A DNA stretch of 11,213 nucleotides from Octopus sinensis (Eukaryota), in the NCBI RefSeq assembly GCF_006345805.1, contig NW_021827061.1:1-11213 (forward strand), in the 5' to 3' direction. Both the position numbers and the translations under genes were made by a program. The notes under the pieces were generated by a model. That model searched no databases, was not told the origin of the DNA, and saw only the letters and a list, made by a program, of their open reading frames with translations. Positions 1 to 9,302 of the stretch are shown piece after piece. Each line of letters opens with the position of its first letter. Position 1 is the first letter of the stretch.

Positions 1-310
1 TTTTGTTATACCAACTAAATTTTTGTTTCGTTTTTTGTAACTTTCAGTATTTGCAATGTTGTGCTCAATACGCAATATTATGCAGTATATTATGCAACAT
101 ATGGTTCATGGTACAGGAAAACGGTGCCTAATCTGGAGAAATAAAGGTCAGAATCAGAATCAGGACAATTTTTTGACCCAGAAACAAGTCTTACTTAACT
201 TGTACTTTTTTTAAAACCTGAAATTTGTTGCATAGTATTATTAATGTCTTTTATGTACATCGGCAATCAATTCCAAATTAGAATTATTCGTGTGTATATA
301 TATATATATA

Positions 311-483
311 CGAGGGGATGCTGAAAAGTTCTTGGGTTTAAGGGTATCGCGAAAGGTCTGGTGGAAGCCCGACTTTCCGAGTTTTACCAGGGCTTAGAAA
401 AACTGAAGGACTGCTGCAATAGGTGTGTGAATATGAGAAGGCAAGGTGTTACCCACCACCAGGAACTTTTCAGCACCCCCTCG
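311..483 (+). mobile_element. Mariner-derived MITE / internal-deletion derivative (Tc1/mariner superfamily)
   Basis: 25-bp terminal inverted repeats: 311-335 CGAGGGGATGCTGAAAAGTTCTTGG vs reverse complement of 459-483 CGAGGGGGTGCTGAAAAGTTCCTGG (23/25). TA on the left flank (309-310); TG instead of TA on the right. Positions 379-441 read EFYQGLEKLKDCCNRCVNMRR, resembling the mariner transposase C-terminal FY..GI.KL..RW.KCV motif. Confidence 0.85.
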
Positions 484-605
484 TGTGTGTGCGTATATAA
501 ATAAATATATATATATATATATATATATAAATTAGAAAAAAAAACAACTTTTATCAATTCGATATTGAAAAATTAAATTATACCATTAAGAAAAATTACA
601 TATTA

Positions 606-657
606 TGGCGGTGCCCCAGCATGGCCACACCTTGTGGGCTGAAACTAAAAAAAAAAT
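606..657 (+). mobile_element. SINE 3' tail fragment with A-rich end
   Basis: GGCGGTGCCCCAGCATGGCCAC...GGCTGAAACT followed by an A-run. Resembles an octopus SINE 3' end from memory; not verified by search. Confidence 0.5.
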
Positions 658-1154
658 ATAGAAAAATGAATATAAGATAAAACATATAACAATGATTAAG
701 TAATGTGCAAAATAATAAATAAAACGTATATATTTGGTGTGTATATATATATATAAAGTCTCATAGTCGCCATCACTAGCTTACAGCTCTTTCGGATATA
801 AGGAACTTTGCAGGAAGAGTTAAGTATTAGAACCGGCCTTCAGTTGTTTAGAAAACTGACTAATAACCAGAATGTAATATGGCAATCAGTCAATTCCTTG
901 AATAATTGAGAAAATGACAATAGACTTGATCTGTTAGCAGAAAGCCGAGAATATTTAATGAGATGTTGACAATTATTTAAATTATGAAGTTTTATACGCA
1001 TCCACCCCTACATTATTGTGAAATCTATGGCACATTCATTTCGTATTGATGTACGTGTATTATTGTAATGGTTCTTGTCAAGTGTTTTGAATCCAGGAAA
1101 GCATAAACAAAATACTGCTTGCATTACTCTGTTTGGTGCTTTTTACATATGAAT

Positions 1155-1290
1155 CACTCCGGAGTTTAATTTGCAAGTCATTCGATGATCGATAAAAGGA
1201 ACTACAAATGACGTACAAGGAGTCGATGTAATCGCTTACATTCTCTTCCCTTGAAATATGCTGTTTGTGTCAATATCAGAAATCATGTGT
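1155..1290 (+). mobile_element. Degenerate tRNA-SINE copy (3' two-thirds)
   Basis: Contains diverged versions of family motifs seen in other copies in this window: TCGATAAAA, GTCGATGTAATCG-CTTAC (near-identical to 2391-2405), and a TGTGTCAATATCAGAAATC tail. Confidence 0.55.
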
Positions 1291-1410
1291 CTGTTGACTA
1301 CTCATCCACTTGCACAGTAGTTCACTGAGTAGATCATATCACTGATTGACCAATGGAACACATATCGTTGAAACCAACGTAGATTGCTGTACTATGTATT
1401 TCTGTTCTAT

Positions 1411-1582
1411 TGGTTTCAAACTTTGGCACAAGGCCGGCAATCTCGGGAGAGGATACAAGTCGATAATATCAACCCCAGTTTGAATTTGAACTCAATCTGA
1501 ATTTGAACTCACAACGTAATGGTGGACGAAATGCCGCTAAGTATTTTGCTAGGAATGCTATCGATTTTGCCATATCGCCGCC
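1411..1582 (-). mobile_element. tRNA-derived SINE with internal deletion and duplicated B-box segment
   Basis: Minus strand reads GGCGGCGATATGGCAAAATCG...CTTAGCGGCATTTCGTCC...GAGTTCAAATTC, homologous to 2242-2430. The 14-mer TGAATTTGAACTCA occurs twice (1481-1494, 1498-1511), and the middle part of the element is missing. Confidence 0.85.
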
Positions 1583-1591
1583 TTATAATAA

Positions 1592-1808
1592 TTCTTTCTA
1601 CTATAGGCTCAAAGTCTGAAATTTGTGGGGAGGGGTAAGTTAAGTCGATTACATTGACCTCGGTGCTCATTTGCAATATATTTTATCGTCTCTGAAAGGG
1701 TGACAGGCAAAGTTAAACTCAACGGAAGTTGAACTCAGAATGTAAGGATAGACGAAATGCCGCTAAGCATTTTGCCCGGCGTGCTAACGATTCTGCAAGC
1801 TGACCGCC
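1592..1808 (-). mobile_element. Full-length tRNA-derived SINE
   Basis: Minus strand GGCGGTCAGCTTGCAGAATCGTTAGCACGCCGGGCAAAATGCTTAGCGGCATTTCGTC...GAGTTCAACTTCC...; collinear with 2242-2430 and 10256-10465. Confidence 0.9.
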
Positions 1809-1850
1809 TTATGTATCTCCCAACATCATCTATAAAGAAAAAAAAGATCT

Positions 1851-1985
1851 TTTCCAGTAGAAACGTAAGTCCTGACATTTTGGGGTGAGGAGATGAGGAG
1901 TGGGGTTGCTAGTCGGTTACATTGACCCCAGTGTTCAGTGGTAATTATTTCATCGAGTCCGAAATCAGAACGTAAAGACAAATGA
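1851..1985 (-). mobile_element. Truncated, internally deleted SINE of the same family
   Basis: AGTCGGTTACATTGACCCCAGTGTTCA and CAGAACGTAAAGAC match the corresponding segments of the neighbouring copies. Confidence 0.7.
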
Positions 1986-2241
1986 ATTTGCGTAAACTGC
2001 AGATGCCTTTTGATAAAGGGGGCGGACCAGCAATTTGCTGCTCCTGAGATGAAAATGGTGATTTGATTAATCTCAGCTGGGTTAACTGAGGAGCCTCATG
2101 TTAAAAAAACATGAATGAAACACCTTGAAATCTCAGCAGCATCACTGATGACGTATCCCAAAGAAACTGCGAGATACATCATGGAACTAACATTATATGT
2201 ATTAAATCATTACCGACATCATGTATTTTCTTCACACTAAA

Positions 2242-2430
2242 GCGGCGAGCTGGCAGAATCATTGGCATGCCGTGTAAAACGCTTAGCAGCATTTCGTCCG
2301 TCTTCATGTTCTGAGTTCAAATTTCGCAGAGATCGACTTTGCCTTTCATCCTTCTGGCGTCGATGAAATAAGTACCAGTTGAACACTGGGGTCGATGTAA
2401 TCGACTGACCTCCTTCCTGCCAAATCTTGA
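2242..2430 (+). mobile_element. tRNA-derived SINE (octopus-type)
   Basis: Pol III A-box-like TGGCAGAATCA (2251-2261) and B-box-like GTTCAAATTT (2315-2324). Body GACTTTGCCTTTCATCC...AAGTACCAGTTGAACACTGGGGTCGATGTAATCGAC is shared with other copies in the window. Confidence 0.9.
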
Positions 2431-2728
2431 AATTAAATTCTATGACATGAAAACACAACACAGATGTGATGCACACCTTCCGCAAGTTATGCTTTATGAA
2501 GTGCCGTCTTAAGGTATTGGCACCTGGGTACTTGCCCAGCGGTGTAACTGGCCTAAGACCCAAATCTGATTCATGCATGTTGTGGCTTGCTGTCAACAAA
2601 TAAATACTGTGGGTTCCATCATTGCTCGGTGGCCTGCAATGCTGCAAGGATGTCACAACCTTTTGTACACATTCGCATACTTACGCACACGCGTACAAGC
2701 AGTCATGCGCGTGTGTGTTTGTATTTGT

Positions 2729-2796
2729 ACTGGGGTCGATGTAATCAACTTACCCACTTCTCCTAACTTGCTGACCTTGTACTAAAATTTGAAACC
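2729..2796 (+). mobile_element. 5'-truncated SINE 3' end
   Basis: ACTGGGGTCGATGTAATCAAC is near-identical to 2386-2406; the tail CCTTGTACTAAAATTTGAAACC is the reverse complement of the 1411-1435 type tail. Confidence 0.8.
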
Positions 2797-2880
2797 GTTA
2801 TATTACCAGCACTGTATATTTTTTTGAATTACGAACACACTGTATATTATCCTATTACTAATATTAAGCTTTATATAATA

Positions 2881-3252
2881 CTAGCAGTATCGCCCGGCGT
2901 TGCTCGGGTTTGTAAGGGAAATAACTATAAAGCATTTTTAGAGAGTTATAGCCAAAAAAATGGAAAAAAATGATGGTAAATTTTTTTTTAGTTAAAAAGG
3001 TCGAGTTGCGTCCCCTAGACAGTCTGTGGTTTGTGTTTCTAATTCTCGACTCCATGTCGAATTTATCGATTTTTTTCAGAACTGGGAGAACTTTTCAAAA
3101 TTTTCGCTGCGTTAGTTTTGAATTATGACATTGGGCTATGTGTGTGTCAAGTTTCATCAGAATCGGTTGAAAGCCGTGGTCAGGGTGAGGGTACAACCTG
3201 ACAGACACACAGAAACACACACAGACAAACTGCCGTTTATATATAAGAGAGA
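2881..3252 (-). mobile_element. Non-autonomous Helitron, 372 bp
   Basis: Minus strand begins TC (3252-3251) after an A, ends CTAG (2884-2881) before a T, and has no TSD. GC-rich hairpin CCCG-N8-CGGG (2893-2908) lies 8 nt from the 3' CTAG. An internal (ACAG/ACAC)-type microsatellite is near the 5' end. All are canonical Helitron hallmarks. Confidence 0.9.
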
Positions 3253-3527
3253 TTGCCAACATGATATACTATTATTTTATTACCAACGTGTGTACTTTAT
3301 CGATTTACTAACGTTATGTTTTCTATATTCTTCTCCAAAAATCCTCTTTCTTTCATCATACCAAATTACTCTACTTAAGCACGCGTACCAAACATTTTGT
3401 TCAATCATTCTCCCCAGATATATTGCATTTTAGTGTTCCCTTCTAACCCAGATTTTTTTCTTTTTCCGAATCATTGACCTCTTCCTGTTCATCTTCCTTC
3501 TTCTCTCCTTTCTCTTTCGACTAAATA

Positions 3528-3650
3528 ACGGTTTCTAACACAGGCACGTGGTCCCAGATTTATCATTGCATGTGAAATGAACTGTCATCGAAAATAGAAC
3601 CCAAAACATGACTGGTACTTATTTTAGTGGCCATAGCAGATGATTAAGTA
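3528..3650 (-). mobile_element. Highly degenerate SINE 3' part
   Basis: GGTTTCTAACACAGGCAC...GACTGGTACTTATTTTA; the last motif is the reverse complement of AAATAAGTACCAGT in the 2242-2430 copy. Confidence 0.5.
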
Positions 3651-3860
3651 AAAACAAAAGTACACTCCTAAAGGGTAGTCAAAGAGAATCTCATCTAAAG
3701 GAATTGGGATTATATGCAAAATAAAATCATGTTTATCTAACTACATGATAATTATTAGATAATTTTTTTTCTGCTGTGTTCAGTTCGGCTTCTTACTGTT
3801 TCTTCTCTTAGACACGTGATTTTAAAGAACTTCAGAATTACAAAATCTTTCAATAGCATA

Positions 3861-3998
3861 GGTGGCGAATTGGCAGAAGATTTAGAGTGTCAGGTGGCAT
3901 ACCTTGCAGTATGCCTTCCGGTTCCTTATGTTCTGCCTTCAGTTCCTGAAGAAGTAAATTTTGCCTGTCATCTTTTCAGGGTCGATAAATAAACTATT
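3861..3998 (+). mobile_element. Degenerate SINE 5' part
   Basis: GGTGGCGAATTGGCAGAA start and TTTTGCCTGTCATCTTTTCAGGGTCGATAAA, matching 10353-10382. A second, more degraded SINE head may follow at about 4010-4100. Confidence 0.7.
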
Positions 3999-4485
3999 AG
4001 TCTTGGACAACGGCCGAGCAGAATCATTAAAAGATCGAAAAGGATACCATACGCTTTTTTTCTTACGGCTCTTTCCTTTATGAGTTCAATTCCCACCTCC
4101 GTGAATAATGGTCATAATCTTCCGGCCAGTTTAAAGCACCATCTGCTTCTTGGGTGCTTTAGGGTTGATAGTATTTGAAAAGGCCACATTCCACTCTCAG
4201 AGGCCCTGAAAATTGACATGGATACCGACTTTCCCACATCACCCAAGATTGAAAAAGAAACAAACAAATAGCATCAACTATCCTTGAACAACAAATCCCT
4301 AAAGCCCTAATCCCTGTCCATATTTTTCTGCTAGAGTGTCCGACCAGCAGAAGTCTAATCTGAACATCAGCCACATAGAGGTCATAGGGCCTAGAAGTGC
4401 TTTCAAATCCTGAAGTTATTACTCTACCCCATCAGACTATATGAAAAAAATACAAACCATCTGCGTCAATGAGTTATTGTATAAA

Positions 4486-4512
4486 ACACACACACCACAC
4501 CACACACACATG

Positions 4513-4592
<80 letters not shown>

Positions 4593-4806
4593 CATACATG
4601 CATACATACATACATATATGTGTGTGTGTGTATTTGTATGTATATATATATGCGTAACTTATGTTAGGAAACACACCCGTACATGTGTACACACACACAC
4701 AATATACAGACGCACATATGTATATTATATATGTGTGTATATATATATATATAATATATATAATATATTATATATATATACACACATATACGAGCACACA
4801 CGTACA
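4486..4806. repeat. Compound (CA)n/(TA)n/(TG)n microsatellite
   Basis: Directly visible. Confidence 0.95.
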
Positions 4807-5180
4807 CAAAATGTAACGGACTATTATAAAGCAATTAGAAAAAAAAACTGATGTTCGGTTATAAATGACCATTTCGCCGCTGGCGGGAGAATGTAATTCT
4901 AAGAATACTGGACATTTTGCAAAACGAGACGTATGATTATGTCAAGGAATTTTGGTCGTAGCAGAAGACTACATCTAGAAATTGGGAATGGAAAGAAGAA
5001 GTAGAGTAAAACAGGAGAACAGTTGATGGATGTACAGATATGTGTGTGTATGTGTGTCTGTGTGTGAGTGAGGTGATGCAATGAGTAAAGTAGGAAAAAA
5101 ATACTCTAGCGACAAGAAGAAAAATAACAAAAACATACAAGTGGACACAAAAAGAATATCAAAAACAGAGGAAAGTGGAA

Positions 5181-5394
5181 TACACACACACACACACACA
5201 CACATACATACACACAAACACATACATGCATACATACATACAAACATACATACATACATACATAAATACATACATACATACATACATACATAAATACATA
5301 CATACGTGCATGCATACATACATACAAACATACATACATACATGCATACATACATACATACATACATACATACATACATACATACATACATACA

Positions 5395-5424
<30 letters not shown>
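5181..5424. repeat. (CA)n followed by (CATA)n microsatellite
   Basis: Directly visible. Confidence 0.95.
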
Positions 5425-5425
<1 letters not shown>

Positions 5426-5492
5426 GAGGCAACAGAAACAAGATTAAGCGGGAATTATCGAAAGTCATTTTGAATTAACTGTCATCTTGCAG

Positions 5493-5542
5493 CGTGGAAG
5501 CCATGTTGTAGAGGCCATCTTTCCTCTACGACAAGTTGCCAT
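5493..5542 (+). other. Candidate 50-bp internal exon of an unidentified gene
   Basis: Preceded by TTAAC (branch-point-like) and TGTCATCTTGCAG; followed by the perfect donor GTAAGT (5543-5548). Two open frames: RGSHVVEAIFPLRQVA and WKPCCRGHLSSTTSCH. No protein family recognised and no convincing partner exon. Confidence 0.35.
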
Positions 5543-5571
5543 GTAAGTCTCCACAAAAGAAGCTATAGGAC

Positions 5572-6017
5572 ATGTGTGTGTGCATCTATATACGCATGTA
5601 TGTATGTATGTATGTATGTATGTATGTATGTATGTATGTATGTATGTATGTATGTATGTATGTATGTATGTATGTATGTATGTATGTATATATGTATGTA
5701 TGTATATACGCATGTATGTATGTATGTATGTATGTATGTATGTATGTATGTATGTGTGTATGTATGTGTGTATGTATGTGTGTATCTATATACGCATGTA
5801 AGTATGTATGTACGTGTGTGTGTGTATGTATATGTGAAGAAGAAGTACATAATGGTATACCAATATATATATATATATACATTTACATATACATATGTAA
5901 ATATATATATGTGTATATATGTATATGTATATATATATATGTGTGTGTATGTATGTATGTATATGTATATATATATATTACATATATATATAATCTATCT
6001 ATATATATATCTATATG

Positions 6018-6054
<37 letters not shown>

Positions 6055-6093
6055 ATGTATATATATGTCTATGTATATCTGTCCTATATATAT

Positions 6094-6150
<57 letters not shown>

Positions 6151-6177
6151 AATATATATATATATAATATATATAAC
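5572..6177. repeat. (TATG)n then (TA)n compound microsatellite
   Basis: Directly visible; source of the MYVC/YI pseudo-ORFs. Confidence 0.95.
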
Positions 6178-6569
6178 TTGTGGATCATATATTATATTCA
6201 GCTGTAATAATATAGAGAATCATGCCCTACAGTAGAAACACGATTACGTTGGTGTTGCTGTTGGCAATAGTTATGGTTGCGTTGGCGAGTATAGTCGGGT
6301 AGCAGCAATAATTGTAGCGGTGGCATGAATAAAAATCTGATCGGTGTCAGTCAGTCGGTGGGAGAATGCCATTGCCTTGAAGCAATGACTGGTAAAGTAT
6401 GGCGGTACAGATAGGAGGAAAGATACTTAAGCCTCATTAAGCCATATGCTCGATTTGCGTCACCTCCTTACCACGCAAAGAACAAAAAAAAATCCCCAAA
6501 CAGGTTTTGATGATAAAATAATTATCTCCATATTAGTGTATATCGTTTCAATATTTATATGTATACCTT

Positions 6570-6923
6570 ATTAGTGTATGCATACATACAAACATATATA
6601 CATACATACATACACGTGTGTGTATATGTGTGTGTAGGTATACATGCATAAATACGTATTCATATATTTATACATATATATACACAGAGCCCCACACACA
6701 TATATACACGCACATACATATAGATATGTATGTACTCACAGAAACATATAGCATTTATATTTATGTATATATGTAACTATATGTATTTCTATTCATATAA
6801 TCACATATGCACGATGTACATACATACATATTTGGTACATATCGAAGCATATTCAATTCATATACATACATACATGTATATGTTATATATATATATATAT
6901 ATATAGCTATATATATAAGATAG

Positions 6924-6975
<52 letters not shown>

Positions 6976-7310
6976 TATATATGTATATACATACATAAAT
7001 ACATACATATATATGTGTATGTATACGTGTATATATATATAATATATTATATATATATATATATGCATATATATGTATATCATACATAAATACATACATA
7101 TATGTGTATGTATACGTGTATATATATATATATCTATATATATATATATATATATATATATGTCTACAATTACATTTTGAAATAAACATATATGCATGTA
7201 AACATATATATTTGTATATACACACATATATATATATATATGTACGTATGTATGTATGTATGTATGTATGTATGTATGTATGTATATCTGTCAAGAGAGA
7301 GAGAGAGAGA
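6570..7310. repeat. Compound (TA)/(CATA)/(TATG)/(AG) microsatellite containing a ~92-bp tandem duplication
   Basis: Directly visible; the unit ATGCATATATATGTATAT..CATACATAAATACATAC..GTATGTATACGTG starts at 6971 and again at 7063. Confidence 0.9.
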
Positions 7311-7615
7311 AGAGGTAAATATGCTACAGGAAAAATTACCCGATGATGAATTCTATATACATATATCTATACACAAACGCAAACATGCAAAGCAATACAT
7401 ACATGCATGCTTGCATACACATATAAACACTTGCAAACATACATATGTATATATGCATCTGTATACAACCTGTATCAACGAAATTTACTGAAATACACAT
7501 ATATAAAAGAGATAAGCAAATATCAAAAGAAACAAGAGAGACAGATTTATATAAAATATCCACCCTCGCCACAAAGAGCATATAACAAACAAAAAATGAC
7601 ATTTGTGCTTTTAAG

Positions 7616-8042
7616 ATGTCTTCAGGATTACCGATGAAATGTATATGCATTCATTTATCTACAGTATCGAACGACAGAAGACTGGAGTAGGCAGGCACCC
7701 TTCACGTCATAACAAACCGTTTCGGATGACATATGAACCATTTTCATGTTCGATAAGGCGCAATGTTCCCGTGGGGCGCTAAATGTCGAGGCGTGAGCTC
7801 TCAGATAGGACAGAGATTTTGTGTGTTGTATAGGAATTGTGTGTGAGTGTGTGCGTGTGTGTGTATATATATATGTGTGTGTGCTCGTGTACATTCATGT
7901 GAGGCGGAATACCTTCGCATACTGCATAAAAACCCTCAACTCATATTGATGTAGAGTTAAATGTTTATTAATGACTGGCCTGAAGTGTTGTACTAATATA
8001 ATACACAGATATTCATATCCATGTGTATATATGCTTTGTACG

Positions 8043-8086
<44 letters not shown>

Positions 8087-8346
8087 GAATATGTGCATAT
8101 ATATGTATCACAATATATAGATATATATATATATATTATATATATATATATATATATATCTATATATATATATATTATATGTATAATATATATATACATG
8201 TATATATTATACATATATATGAACATATTATGCATGTATATATATGTATACGTATATATATAATATATATGCATATTTATATGTATATATATATGCATAA
8301 TATATATATAAATATATACATATATATATATATGTATTAGATATAT

Positions 8347-8377
<31 letters not shown>

Positions 8378-9011
8378 TATACACGTATACATATAATATA
8401 TATATATACATGCATAAATATGTTCATATATATGTATATTATATACATGTATATATATATATATATACAATAAATATGTATACATATATATATAAATATA
8501 TATTGTATACATATATATTATACATGCACATATTTATGTATATATATATATATACATACAGAAGCATATATACACATGGATAGGAATATCTGTGTATTAT
8601 ATTAGTACAACACTTCAGGCCAGTCATTAATAAACATTTAACAAGAGATGAGGACTTTATGCACTATGTGGAGGTATTCCGCCTCACATGCATGTACACA
8701 TGCACACACACATGCGCACACGCACCCCCCCCACACACACACACACACAATTCCTATACAACACACAAATCCTCTGTCCTATCTGAGCTCACGCCTCGAC
8801 ATTTAGCGCCCCACGGGAACATTGCGCCTTATCGAACATGTAAATGGTTCAGGCCTGGACCAATCTTTGGTCGAAACATATCTAAGTTTCTAAGTTTTAT
8901 GTCATCCGAAACGGTTTGTTATGACGTGAAAGGTACCTACCCCAGTTTTCTGTCGTTCGATACTGTAGTTAAATTAATGAATATACATTTCATCGGTATT
9001 CCTGAAGACAT
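7616..9011. repeat. ~1.4-kb inverted repeat (foldback): arms 7616-8253 and 8383-9011, ~130-bp AT-rich spacer
   Basis: Manual alignment: ATGTCTTCAGG (7616) pairs with CCTGAAGACAT (9001-9011). 7701-7799 and 7956-8036 each pair with one substitution. Symmetry continues into the microsatellite (GTATACGT 8246-8253 with ACGTATAC 8383-8390; GAACATATTATGCATG 8221-8236 with CATGCATAAATATGTTC 8409-8425). Confidence 0.95.
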
Positions 9012-9035
9012 ACTAAATATATATATATATATATA

Positions 9036-9200
9036 TTAGTAGATGAAACCTTAGCGACTGAAGAAGGGGATTTTTCGTTGTGCTTATTGTCCTGTATCTC
9101 TCTCTTTTTTTTGCTTGTCTTGTTCCTTGGTTTGTGTCTATGTGTTTCGTCTCTCTATGTGTTCGACGTCTTTTTGGTGTCCTGTACACATATATGCGTG
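9036..9200. repeat. Probable interspersed-repeat fragment embedded in (TA)n
   Basis: Non-microsatellite island bounded by TA runs, pyrimidine-rich on the plus strand, with layout similar to the reverse complement of 9430-9470. Family not established. Confidence 0.35.
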
Positions 9201-9266
9201 TATATGTACATGTAGAGGTAGGTACGTACATATATGTTTATATATATGCATATGTTCTATTTTATT

Positions 9267-9300
<34 letters not shown>

Positions 9301-9302
<2 letters not shown>

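Noticed and set aside
48-147. Possible 100-bp exon (TTTCAG acceptor, AG/GTCAGA donor; VFAMLCSIRNIMQYIMQHMVHGTGKRCLIWRNK)
   Set aside because: Moderate donor only, contains an internal ATATTATGCA duplication, no recognisable protein, and phase incompatible with direct splicing to the 5493 candidate. Needs RNA-seq.
2237-2656. 139-aa minus-strand ORF (also 10369-10650)
   Set aside because: Antisense read-through of SINE copies; no coding signature.
3125-3433. 102-aa plus-strand ORF
   Set aside because: Starts inside the non-autonomous Helitron and runs across its terminus; no Rep or helicase motifs.
3812-3861. Good polypyrimidine acceptor (TTTCTTCTCTTAG) followed by a short open stretch
   Set aside because: No credible donor; runs into a SINE head.
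4110-4440. Less AT-rich island with a 71-aa minus-strand ORF (SSRKIWTGIRAL)
   Set aside because: Only a faint resemblance to non-LTR ORF2 linker motifs; cannot be assigned without a profile search.
8852-9011. Hammerhead-like pieces in the foldback arm (GACCAA/TTGGTC-GAAACATATC; CCGAAACG; terminal CCTGAAGA)
   Set aside because: Core halves are missing or in the wrong order, so no complete ribozyme can be drawn. They may be permuted PLE remnants, but the sequence alone does not support that.
9058-9085. CTGAAGA-AGGGG as a possible hammerhead
   Set aside because: No GAAA or NUH downstream and no stem I.
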